From Desertihabitans brevis (GTDB taxonomy: Bacteria > Actinomycetota > Actinomycetes > Propionibacteriales > Propionibacteriaceae): DNA of 24,000 nucleotides. Positions 15,399-23,540 of this stretch are shown piece by piece (position 1 is the first letter of the stretch; every line of letters starts with the position of its first letter). The notes under the pieces were generated by a model that saw nothing but the letters and a program-made list of their open reading frames with translations, was not told the origin of the DNA and searched no databases. The DNA is taken from contig NZ_QOUI01000002.1 of assembly GCF_003327535.1 (NCBI RefSeq), positions 381,397 through 405,396 on the forward strand, given 5' to 3'. Made by a program: the position numbers and the translations under genes.

Positions 15399-15677
15399 AT
15401 GAACGCGGCCTACGTCCTCGAGGCGATGCACGACCCGACGCTGCAGCGGCAGGTCGGCATCGGACTACGCGAGGGACGCGCGATGGTCGGACGTCTGATC
15501 CGACAAGCGCTGGAGGACGGGCACATGCCTGCGGACCGTGACCCCGACATCGAGACCGATCTCATCCTCGCCCTGACGGGTTTCGCCACGCTGATCGAGC
15601 TCGACGTCGTCGAACCGCAGGCGGCACTGGCAGCCATCGACCAGCACCTGGATCGGCTCTTCCGCCCTGCCGCGTGA
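15399..15677 (+). pseudogene. TetR-family regulator, C-terminal ligand-domain fragment (no HTH)
   Basis: MNAAYVLEAMHDPTLQRQVGIGLREGRAMVGRLIRQALEDGHMPADRDPDIETDLILALTGFATLIELDVV reads like the last helices of a TetR effector domain. No frame upstream encodes a recognisable TetR HTH. Confidence 0.5.
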
Positions 15678-15689
15678 CGTGCGGGTCGC

Positions 15690-16304
15690 TCAGGACGCCG
15701 GCGCACCCCATCGGCCGTCGTGCACGCGCAGCTCCCGCGGCCGCCGCGGCCGGCGACGTCCTGAGCCGGCGGCCCGCTCCCCCGGCGCCCGGTGCCCGAG
15801 CGCCACGACGCCCGCGCTGGACCAGCCGTCCGGGACGCCGAGCGCCGTGGCCAGCGCCGCCTGCCGGTCCGCGGGGACGCCGAAGAAGCAGGCGGCGAGC
15901 CCGGTCTCGGTGACGGTGAGCAGCATCGCCAGCACGGACATCCCGGCGTCCACCCACCACCACGGCGCAGCGAAGCCTTCCCCGGCGGCGCGGCGCTTGT
16001 CCGCCTCGGCGTAGCGCTCGGCGTAGCCCTGCTCGCTGGTCCACACCGTGACCAGCACCGGAGCCCGCCGCATCCCGCGCAGCCAGGCGCTGTCGGCGTC
16101 CGGGTCGCTGGTGGCCCGCCAGAACCCCTCGACCTGTTCACCGCGCAGCACGACCAGCGACACCACCTGGGCGTGCCCGGCCGACGGGGTGGCCAGCGCG
16201 GCGTCCAGCACCTGCTGCAGCTGCTCGTCGGCGACGGGTGCGTCCGCGTCGAAGTCGCGGACCATCCGGCGGCGGCGCAGCAGCGCGGCCAGGTCGTCGC
16301 TCAC
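15690..16304 (-). CDS. Nitroreductase family protein
   Basis: 204 aa from GTG 16304. VSDDLAALLRRRRMVRDFDADAPV is the typical nitroreductase N-terminus (RRS.R.F), followed by ...ATPSAGHAQ...AACFFGVP. The start overlaps the tatD stop as GTGA (16301-16304). The upstream 212 codons of ORF 15690-16940 are a tatD shadow frame. Confidence 0.8.
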   Translation of the reverse strand: MSDDLAALLRRRRMVRDFDADAPVADEQLQQVLDAALATPSAGHAQVVSLVVLRGEQVEGFWRATSDPDADSAWLRGMRRAPVLVTVWTSEQGYAERYAEADKRRAAGEGFAAPWWWVDAGMSVLAMLLTVTETGLAACFFGVPADRQAALATALGVPDGWSSAGVVALGHRAPGERAAGSGRRRPRRPRELRVHDGRWGAPAS

Positions 16305-17152
16305 CAGGAGCCGCCGAAGGCCGCCGAGGCGTTGTCGTGCAGGGCGGCGCACAGCGGCTCGAGCTCCATCCCGCGCTGCTCGGCGAGGAACCGGACGGTG
16401 AGCGGGACCAGGAAGGAGGCGTTGGGGTGACCGCGGTGCGGCACCGGGGTGAGGAAGGGGGCGTCGGTCTCGGTGAGCAGCCGGTCCAGCGGGGTCAGCG
16501 CGAGGGCGTCGCGCAGGTGCTGGTTGGGCTTGAAGGTGACCGTGCCGGGGAAGGACAGCCAGGCGCCGCGGTCGAGGCAGCGGCGGGCGAAGTCGGCGTC
16601 GCCGGAGAAGCAGTGCATGACCACCCGCTCGACCCCGCCCTCGGCGTCGAGCACGTCGAGCACGTCGTCGTGGGCGTCGCGGTCGTGGATCACCAGGGTG
16701 AGGTCGTGCTCGCGGGCCAGCCGGATGTGGGCGGCGAAGGACTCGCGCTGGCGCTGCCGGCCCTCGGCGTCGGGAGTGCGGAAGTGGTCGAGCCCGGTCT
16801 CCCCCACCCCCCGCAGCCGCCGGCCGGGCGCGTGCTCGGCCACCATCGCGGCCAGCTCGTCCAGCTGGGCGGGCAGGTCGTCCCCGGCGCGGGCCGCGTC
16901 GTTGGGGTGCAGCGCGACCGTGGCCACCACCGAGGGCCACCGCTGAGCCGCCTCCAGCGCCCAGCGCGAGCTCGGCAGGTCGCAGCCGACCTGCACGATC
17001 CGGGTGATACCGACCGCCGCCGCCCGCTCGAGCGCCTCGGCCGGGTCCAGCCCGCTGTAGGCCTCGGCGACGTCGAGGTGGCAGTGCGAGTCGGTGACCG
17101 GGGCGGGTAGCGCGTCGGGGACGGGTGGCAGCTCGGACTTCACCGGCGCCAC
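16301..17152 (-). CDS. tatD: TatD family metal-dependent hydrolase/DNase
   Basis: 283 aa. Contains the DSHCHLD metal motif, GETGLDHF, VIHDRDAHDD and ETDAPFLTP. Confidence 0.93.
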   Translation of the reverse strand: MAPVKSELPPVPDALPAPVTDSHCHLDVAEAYSGLDPAEALERAAAVGITRIVQVGCDLPSSRWALEAAQRWPSVVATVALHPNDAARAGDDLPAQLDELAAMVAEHAPGRRLRGVGETGLDHFRTPDAEGRQRQRESFAAHIRLAREHDLTLVIHDRDAHDDVLDVLDAEGGVERVVMHCFSGDADFARRCLDRGAWLSFPGTVTFKPNQHLRDALALTPLDRLLTETDAPFLTPVPHRGHPNASFLVPLTVRFLAEQRGMELEPLCAALHDNASAAFGGSW

Positions 17153-17191
17153 GGTAGTCGGCAGCGCGCTGGGGTCGGTTTCGCGCGTCGC

Positions 17192-18034
17192 TCAGCGGTC
17201 GGCCAGGGCGGACTTGTAGAGGGCGTTGCGCTTGACGCCGGTGCTGGCGGCGACCTGGGCGACGGCGTCGGAGAGCCGGACGCCGTCGGCGATCAGGGCG
17301 CGCACCAGCTCGAGTGCCTCCTCCGGGCCGCCGGCGGGTTCGGCGCCGGCCACCACGACGGTGATCTCGCCGCGGACGCCGTCGGCGGCCCAGGCGGCGA
17401 GCTCGGCCAGGGTGCCGCGCCGCACCTCCTCATAGGTCTTGGTCAGCTCACGGCAGACCGCGGCCGGACGTCCGGCCCCCCAGACCTCCGCCGCCGCGTC
17501 GAGGAAGGCGGCCAGCCGGTGCGGGGCCTCGAAGAAGACCATGGTCCGCTCCTCGGCGGCCAGACCCTGCAGCCGGCGGCGGCGCTCGCCGTCCTTGCGC
17601 GGGAGGAACCCCTCGAAGCAGAACCGGTCCACCGCCAGCCCGGAGACGGCCAGCGCGGTCAGCACCGCCGACGGGCCCGGGACGGCGGTCACCCGCACCC
17701 CGCGTTCGATCGCGGCCCGCACCAGCCGGTAGCCGGGGTCGGAGACCGAGGGCATCCCGGCGTCCGTCACGACCAGCACCCGGGCGCCGGCGACCAGCTC
17801 CTCGGCCAGCTGCTCGGTGCGCGCGGCCTCGTTGCCCTCGAAGTAGGAGACCACCCGGGCCGGGGCCTCGGCCCCGAGCCGCTGCAGCAGCCGCTGCAGG
17901 CGTCGGGTGTCCTCGGCGGCGACGACGTCGGCGCGGGCCAGCTCGGCGACCAGCCGCGGCGGGGCGTCGTCGACGTCACCGATCGGCGTCCCGGCCAGCA
18001 CCAGCACACCGGACCCGTCTGCTGCCTCGCTCAC
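17192..18034 (-). CDS. rsmI: 16S rRNA (cytidine1402-2'-O)-methyltransferase
   Basis: 280 aa from GTG 18034, with GGAGG 6 nt upstream. [20 protein letters not shown]... is the tetrapyrrole-methylase-fold RsmI pattern. Divergent from pmt, as in mycobacteria. Confidence 0.92.
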   Translation of the reverse strand: MSEAADGSGVLVLAGTPIGDVDDAPPRLVAELARADVVAAEDTRRLQRLLQRLGAEAPARVVSYFEGNEAARTEQLAEELVAGARVLVVTDAGMPSVSDPGYRLVRAAIERGVRVTAVPGPSAVLTALAVSGLAVDRFCFEGFLPRKDGERRRRLQGLAAEERTMVFFEAPHRLAAFLDAAAEVWGAGRPAAVCRELTKTYEEVRRGTLAELAAWAADGVRGEITVVVAGAEPAGGPEEALELVRALIADGVRLSDAVAQVAASTGVKRNALYKSALADR

Positions 18035-18080
18035 ACCGCTCCTCCCGCGATCCCGGGGCGGCACGGGACCGGTCCCTAGT

Positions 18081-19658
18081 ATGTCCGCCGTGACCGCCCC
18101 GGCCGAGACCAGCGCGCTGCAGGCCGCCCTCCGCGACCCGATGCCGACCGACCGGCTGGTCGGCTGGACGGTCACCCTCGGGCTCACCGCGCTGGCCTTC
18201 GTGGTCCGGGTGATCGGCCTCGGCTACCCCGACAAGCTCGTCTTCGACGAGACCTACTACCCCAAGGACGCCTGGTCGCTGCTGCACTTCGGCTACGAGC
18301 GGGAGTGGCCGGCCGACGCCAACGAGCGGGTGGTCGCCGGCGAGACGATGATCATGGGCGACGGGCCGGCCTTCGTGGTGCACCCGCCGCTCGGCAAGTG
18401 GCTGATCGCCGGCGGTGAGGCGCTGTTCGGGATGACCTCCTTCGGCTGGCGCTTCTCGGCCTGCGTGTTCGGGGCGCTGCTGGTGCTCATCACCATCCGG
18501 CTGGTCCGCCGGATCACCCGCTCGACCCTGCTCGGCGGCGCCGCCGGGGTGCTGCTGACCTTCGACGGGCTGGCCTTCGTGATGAGCCGGATCGGGCTGC
18601 TCGACGGCTTCCAGGCCTTCTTCCTGGTCGCAGGGGTCTCCGCCCTGGTGGCCGACCGCGACTGGTTCCGCACCCGGCTGGCCGACCACCTGCTCGCCCG
18701 CGGTCTGCCCGACCTCGGCGGGCTGGCCGGACCGCTCGTGCTGTGGCGGCCGTGGCGGGTGCTGGCCGGGGTGATGTTCGGCATGGCCTGCGGGGTGAAG
18801 TGGTCCAGCCTGTACGTCGTCGCGGCGTTCGGGCTGCTCAGCGTGGCCTGGGACGTCGGCGCCCGCCGGCTGGCCGGGGCGAGCCGGCGCTCGCTGCTCG
18901 GCCTGCTCGTCGACGGGATCCCCGCCTTCGTGTCGGTGGTGGTGCTCGGCGCGCTGGTCTACCTCAGCACCTGGGCGGGCTGGCTGGCCACCCAGGGCGG
19001 CTACTACCGCGACTGGGGCCGGAGCAACCCGGAGTCGACCAGCGTCCAGCTGCTCGGGGCGCCGCTGGCCTCGCTGCTGCACTACCACTCCCAGATGTAC
19101 GGCTTCCACACCGGCGACTTCATCAACAACCAGAGCCACGGCTACGACGCCGACCCGATCGGCTGGCTGGTGCTGGCCCGCACCATCGGCATCGACGCGG
19201 TGAACAACATCGAGCCCGGCGTGGACGGCTGCCCGCTGGACGTGGACCGCTGCCAGCGGGTGATCACCGGGATCGGCACCCCGCTGCTGTGGTGGGTCGG
19301 CGCCGCCTGCCTGGTGGTGGCGGTGGTGTGGTGGCTGATGCGCCGGGACTGGCGCTTCGGCGTCCCGGTGGTCGGGGTGGCCAGCACCTGGCTGCCGTGG
19401 TTCCAGTACACCGACCGGCCGACGTTCCTCTTCTACGCCGTCACCATCATCCCGTTCACCGTGCTGGCGGTGTGCCTGCTGATCGGGTTGGCGATGGGCC
19501 CACCCGACGCGCCGCGACGCCGGGTCGCGACCATGGTCAGCGCGGTCTTCGTCGCGCTGGTGGTCGTGAACTTCATCTACTTCCACCCGGTGTGGACCGA
19601 CGCGCTGCTGTCCTACCGCGAGTGGGCGGCTCGGATGTGGCTCAGGACGTGGATCTAG
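18081..19658 (+). CDS. pmt: Polyprenol-phosphate-mannose-dependent protein O-mannosyltransferase (PMT family)
   Basis: 525 aa from ATG 18081. Multi-pass membrane protein with loop-1 motif [13 protein letters not shown] and a C-terminal YFHPVWT region. Synteny matches the Rv1002c homologue. Confidence 0.9.
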   Translation: MSAVTAPAETSALQAALRDPMPTDRLVGWTVTLGLTALAFVVRVIGLGYPDKLVFDETYYPKDAWSLLHFGYEREWPADANERVVAGETMIMGDGPAFVVHPPLGKWLIAGGEALFGMTSFGWRFSACVFGALLVLITIRLVRRITRSTLLGGAAGVLLTFDGLAFVMSRIGLLDGFQAFFLVAGVSALVADRDWFRTRLADHLLARGLPDLGGLAGPLVLWRPWRVLAGVMFGMACGVKWSSLYVVAAFGLLSVAWDVGARRLAGASRRSLLGLLVDGIPAFVSVVVLGALVYLSTWAGWLATQGGYYRDWGRSNPESTSVQLLGAPLASLLHYHSQMYGFHTGDFINNQSHGYDADPIGWLVLARTIGIDAVNNIEPGVDGCPLDVDRCQRVITGIGTPLLWWVGAACLVVAVVWWLMRRDWRFGVPVVGVASTWLPWFQYTDRPTFLFYAVTIIPFTVLAVCLLIGLAMGPPDAPRRRVATMVSAVFVALVVVNFIYFHPVWTDALLSYREWAARMWLRTWI

Positions 19659-19679
19659 GCGCCAGCCTCCCGACGGCGC

Positions 19680-20087
19680 TCAGCCGAGGCTGCTGAGCAG
19701 CTCGCGGCAGGCCTGCTCGCACCGGCGGCAGGCCTCCGCGCACACCCGGCAGTGCTCGTGCATCTCCGCGTGGGAGGCGCACTCGTCGCCGCACGCCCGG
19801 CACACCGTGGCGCAGGCCTCGAGCACGGCCCGGGTGACGTTCGCGTCGTAGCCGGTGTGCCGCGACAGCACCCGGCCGGTGGTCTCGCACACGTCGGCGC
19901 AGTCGAGGTCGGTGCGGATGCAGGTGCGCAGGTCGGCCACCGCCTCCTCGCTGAGGCAGGCGTCGGCGCAGGCGGTGCAGGCCTGGGCGCACTCCAGGCA
20001 CGCCTCGATGCAGGCGCGCAGCTTCTCGCGGTCGATCCCGCCGAGGTCGGCGGGGTAGCTCTGCAGCATCTGGTCGGCCACGCTCAC
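19680..20087 (-). CDS. Cysteine-rich four-helix-bundle copper-binding protein (DUF326, Csp3-like, cytosolic)
   Basis: 135 aa with 18 Cys in repeated CxxxC/CxxC helix-facing spacing (ACIEACLECAQACTACADAC ... HCRVCAEACRRCEQAC). No signal peptide. GTG 20087 is preceded by AGGAGG 7 nt upstream. Confidence 0.85.
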   Translation of the reverse strand: MSVADQMLQSYPADLGGIDREKLRACIEACLECAQACTACADACLSEEAVADLRTCIRTDLDCADVCETTGRVLSRHTGYDANVTRAVLEACATVCRACGDECASHAEMHEHCRVCAEACRRCEQACRELLSSLG

Positions 20088-20107
20088 GGTCGTCCTCCTG
20101 TCGTCAG

Positions 20108-20162
20108 GTCGCGTCCGGTCCGGGCCCGGACGTCGCGTCCTGCTGCCCTACCCGGTACGGGT
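20108..20162. promoter_or_regulatory. Structured intergenic element upstream of the Csp-like gene
   Basis: A 9-bp direct repeat GTCGCGTCC (20108-20116 and 20132-20140) flanks the perfect 14-bp palindrome GTCCGGGCCCGGAC (20118-20131). A second palindrome TACCCGGTACGGGT (ACCCG-gta-CGGGT) lies at 20149-20162. Confidence 0.35.
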
Positions 20163-20170
20163 CGGCGCAC

Positions 20171-20567
20171 TCAGAGCTGGGGCGGATCCCCCGGGGCGCC
20201 GTCAGGGGCCCTGCGGCCGGTGGGCAGCACAGCCCGCCCCCGTACGCCCTCGAGCTCGAAGGCCAGGGCGGCGTACAGGCTGACAGCCGCGAGCAGCAGC
20301 ACGCCCATCGGCGGCCCAGGTGCCGACCAGCACGCCCGCCCCCGTCCCGGCCACGGGGTCGCAGGCGAGGAAGCCGAGCACGACCGCGACCAGCTGGACC
20401 GGTGCGGTGAGGAGCAGCGCGGCCAGGGCCAGCGGCTGGCCCTGCTCGGCCGGCACCCAGGACAGCTGCAGCGCGGCGAAGGAAGCAGTGGCGACGAACA
20501 GCCCGAGGAAGCCCAGCGGCAGCGGGGTCGCGAACGGCCGCAGCACGACCCTCTCTGGTCCGCTCAT
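20171..20567 (-). pseudogene. Small integral membrane protein (GPR1/FUN34/YaaH-like N-terminal motif) with an apparent frameshift
   Basis: ATG 20567 gives MSGPERVVLRPFATPLPLGFLGLFVATASFAALQL...VLVGTWAA. After ~20309 that frame turns Arg/Gly-rich with low GC3. The +1 frame continues as MGVLLLAAVSLYAALAFELEGVRGRAVLPTG... with high GC3 and stops at 20171. Confidence 0.55.
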
Positions 20568-21049
20568 CCGCTCGCCATGACCTGCGGCGCGACCGACTTG
20601 AGCATGGCGTCGGCCCAGCGCATCTGGCGCAGGGTGTCGGGATGGGCGCGCTGGCACGCGGCCAGCAGCTCGCCGTCGCGGAGGGTCTGCGCGGCCTGCG
20701 CCAGCACCTCCCAGTCCAGCGACACCCCGGCGGCCCGGCGGTGCACGTCGCGCAGGTCGTCCAGCAGCCGCAGCGACGGGTCGTCGCGGTCGCGGACCGC
20801 CCGACGGCCACCGACCCCGGCCGGGGCGTCGTCGGCACGGTCGGCGTCGGCCCCGATGAGGGCGATGTCGCGGTCGGAGGCGAGGTGGGCCAGCTCGTCC
20901 ACGTGCCGGGCGGACCACTCCGCGAGGTCGCGGCTGAGGTGGAACACCTCGTGGTCCTCGGAGTGCCGCTGCGCCATCGCACCGAAGGCCGCAGCCAGCT
21001 CCTGCTCGGCCAGGTGCAGGTCCGCGATCGCGGTCGCCAGTCGGCTCAC
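20564..21049 (-). CDS. Hypothetical His-rich all-helical protein (161 aa), no family recognised
   Basis: GTG 21049 overlaps the oxidoreductase stop (GTGA). Its own stop overlaps the next ATG (ATGA at 20564-20567). Sequence: AIADLHLAEQELAAAFGAMAQRHSEDHEVFHLSRDLAEWSARHVDELAHLA ... LDWEVLAQAAQTLRDGELLAACQRAHPDTLRQMRWADAMLK. High GC3. Confidence 0.7.
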   Translation of the reverse strand: MSRLATAIADLHLAEQELAAAFGAMAQRHSEDHEVFHLSRDLAEWSARHVDELAHLASDRDIALIGADADRADDAPAGVGGRRAVRDRDDPSLRLLDDLRDVHRRAAGVSLDWEVLAQAAQTLRDGELLAACQRAHPDTLRQMRWADAMLKSVAPQVMASG

Positions 21050-23427
21050 CGCTCCTCCTCCGTCCGCGTCGGCCCGGCATCCGCTGCCGTCCGGTCGCCG
21101 TCGACCCGTCGGGCGCGGGCGGCGGCGGTCTTGAAGATCGGCTGCTTGGAGGCCGGGTCCCAGTCGGTGAGGGTGAGCTCGTTCGCGGCACGGCCGGGGC
21201 CGTCCGGTGCATGCCCGCCCCCGGTGTCCCAGTAGCCGTAGTGGAACGGCAGGAACAGCACCCCGGGCCGGATCCCACCCACCCGGAGGCGGGCCTGCAC
21301 CGATCCTCGCGGCGTCGAGACCTCGAGCAGGTCGCCCTCCACCCAGCCCTGCTCGGCGGCGTCGGCCGCGGCGACCTCCACCCACACGTCGGGGGCGGCG
21401 GCCTGCAGCTCGGGCGCCCGTCCGGTCTTGGTGCGGGTGTGGAAGTGGTAGATGGTGCGCCCGGTGATCAGCTGGAAGGGGAGCTCGGCGTCGGGACGCT
21501 CGTGCGCCGACTGGTAGGCGGCGGCCTTGATCACCGCCCGGCCGTCGGGGTTGAGCGCCCGGTACTCCACCGGCGACACGGGCGCACCGGTGACGAGGTC
21601 GCGGCCGTAGCTCTCGCAGTAGTCGGGGGCGCTGAAGAACCTGCCGTCGGCGTAGAGCCGTTCGGTGCCGTCCGGTGCGTCCTCGGTGCAGGGCCACTGG
21701 ATCCCGCTGCCGCCGCGCAGCCGGTCGTAGCTGAGCCCGCTGTAGTCGCAGGGGCGTCCCCGGCTGCACTCCTTCCAGCCCTCGAAGGCACCCTCGGCGT
21801 CGGACCACTTCACCAGCGGGTCACCGTCCTGGTCGCGCAGGTCGAGCCCGCGGGCGTAGTCGAGGAAGATGTCGAGGTCGGGACGGGCCTCTCCCGGCGG
21901 CTCGACCGCCTTCTCCGACAGGTGCACGGTGCGGTCGGTGTTGGTGAAGGTGCCGGTCTTCTCCCCCCACGCGGCCGCGGGCAGCACCACGTCGGCGAGC
22001 TGGGCGGTCTCGGTGAGGAAGATGTCCTGCACCACCAGCAGCAGCCGCTCCTGCGCGAGGATCCGGCGCACCCGCGCCAGCTCGGGCAGCGACACCGCGG
22101 GGTTGGTGCCGGTGACCCAGAGCAGCCGGATGGTGCCCTGCTCGGCGTAGCGCATGATCTGCATCAGGTGGGTCGGGGCCGCGTAGTGCGGGATGTCCAT
22201 CGGGTCGATGTTCCAGATCCGGGCCAGGTCGGCGACGTGGGCGTCGTTGGACCAGTTGCGGAACCCGGGCAGGTCACCGTCGGCGCCGGCCTCGCGGGTG
22301 TTCTGGGCGGTGGGCTGGCCGTTCATCTGCAGCACACCGCAGCCGGGCCGGCCGAGCATGCCGCGGAGCAGGTGCACGTTGTTGACCTGCACCGCGGCGG
22401 CGGTGGCCTGGTGGGACTGGTAGAAGCCCTGCAGCACCGTGCTCAGCAGCCGTCCGGCGGTGCCGAGTAGCCGGGCGGCCTCGTGCAGGTCCCCGACCGG
22501 GACGTCGCACACCTGCGCGGCCCGTTCCACCGGGTAGTCAGCCACCCGCTGCACCAGCTCGTCGTAGCCGACGGTGTGGGCGTCGACGTAGGCGTGGTCG
22601 ACCCAGTCGTGCTCGATGAGCTCGCGCAGCAGCGCGTTCATCAGCATGACGTTGGTGCCCGGGCGCGGGCGCAGGTGCACGGTGGCGGCGCGGGCCACCG
22701 GCGTCTCGCGCGGGTCGACGCAGAGCACCCGGGGCGGGTTCGGGCCGGCCAGCCGGTCCAGCACGCGGGTCCAGGTGACGCTCTGCGTCTCGGCCATGTT
22801 GTGGCCGAACAGGGCGATCGTGTCCGCATGGTCGATGTCGGCGTAGCTGCCGGGCTGGCCGTCGCTGGCGAAGCTCTGCTTGAGGGCCGCGGCGGCGGTG
22901 GCCGTGCAGAGCCGGGTGTTGCCGTCGACGTGGTTGGTGCCCAGACCGCCGTGGGCGATCAGGCCGAGGGTGTAGTACTCCTCGAGGAACAGCTGGCCGG
23001 TGGTGTAGAAGCCGAGCGCGCTCGGTCCCTGCTCGGCCAGCAGCTCCCGGGTGCGATCGACGACGACGCCCATGGCGGTCTCCCAGCTGGTCTCGACCAG
23101 GCGTCCGTCGCGGCGGACCAGCGGTCGGGTCAGCCGGTCCGGTGAGTGGTTGGCCTGCCAGCCGAACAGGTCCTTGGGCCCGAGCCGGCCGTGGTTGACC
23201 CGGTCCACGGTGCGACCGCGGACACCCACGATCCGGCCGTCCTTGACCGCGATGTCGAGACCGTCGCCGTTGGAGTGCAGGACGGCCGCCGACTGCACCC
23301 AGCGGTCGACGTCGTCGGGGGTCAGCCCGTCGGCCAGCTGGACGTCCTCGCGCACCGGCCACGGCTCGCCGGGTCCGTAGGGGGTGCGCCGACCCCAGGG
23401 GTGGGCGATGCGGGGGTGGGATGCCAT
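21046..23427 (-). CDS. Molybdopterin (bis-MGD) oxidoreductase family protein lacking the N-terminal 4Fe-4S cysteine motif
   Basis: 793 aa. Shows the formate-dehydrogenase/nitrate-reductase-type fold pattern (TSWETAMG..., GFYTTGQ, HVDGNTRLCTATAAAALKQSF with a Cys at the Mo-ligand position, ALFGHNMAETQ, the C-terminal ...ITGRTIYHFHTRTKT barrel). The position of the CxxCxxxC...C motif reads SAAVLHSNGDG...GRLGPKD. Confidence 0.9.
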   Translation of the reverse strand: MASHPRIAHPWGRRTPYGPGEPWPVREDVQLADGLTPDDVDRWVQSAAVLHSNGDGLDIAVKDGRIVGVRGRTVDRVNHGRLGPKDLFGWQANHSPDRLTRPLVRRDGRLVETSWETAMGVVVDRTRELLAEQGPSALGFYTTGQLFLEEYYTLGLIAHGGLGTNHVDGNTRLCTATAAAALKQSFASDGQPGSYADIDHADTIALFGHNMAETQSVTWTRVLDRLAGPNPPRVLCVDPRETPVARAATVHLRPRPGTNVMLMNALLRELIEHDWVDHAYVDAHTVGYDELVQRVADYPVERAAQVCDVPVGDLHEAARLLGTAGRLLSTVLQGFYQSHQATAAAVQVNNVHLLRGMLGRPGCGVLQMNGQPTAQNTREAGADGDLPGFRNWSNDAHVADLARIWNIDPMDIPHYAAPTHLMQIMRYAEQGTIRLLWVTGTNPAVSLPELARVRRILAQERLLLVVQDIFLTETAQLADVVLPAAAWGEKTGTFTNTDRTVHLSEKAVEPPGEARPDLDIFLDYARGLDLRDQDGDPLVKWSDAEGAFEGWKECSRGRPCDYSGLSYDRLRGGSGIQWPCTEDAPDGTERLYADGRFFSAPDYCESYGRDLVTGAPVSPVEYRALNPDGRAVIKAAAYQSAHERPDAELPFQLITGRTIYHFHTRTKTGRAPELQAAAPDVWVEVAAADAAEQGWVEGDLLEVSTPRGSVQARLRVGGIRPGVLFLPFHYGYWDTGGGHAPDGPGRAANELTLTDWDPASKQPIFKTAAARARRVDGDRTAADAGPTRTEEER

Positions 23428-23540
23428 GCCTCCGGGCTACCCAGGGCGCGCCCGCGCCATGCACCCGGGCCGCCGGCGCCCCGACCTGGCCCTGCCGCGG
23501 CCTACCGTCGAGGCCGGACCGCCGAGCGAGAGGCCACACC

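Noticed and set aside
9701-16304. Integrated mobile element or prophage remnant
   Set aside because: No integrase, recombinase or transposase ORF was found in any frame, no terminal inverted or direct repeats at the borders, and the tRNA in the window is 4.5 kb away and not adjacent to the island.
23428-23540. Moco riboswitch upstream of the molybdoenzyme
   Set aside because: The 113-nt divergent intergenic region has one small hairpin (GGCCT-N7-AGGCC), but I cannot identify the conserved Moco-motif core by eye. A covariance-model scan is needed before any claim.
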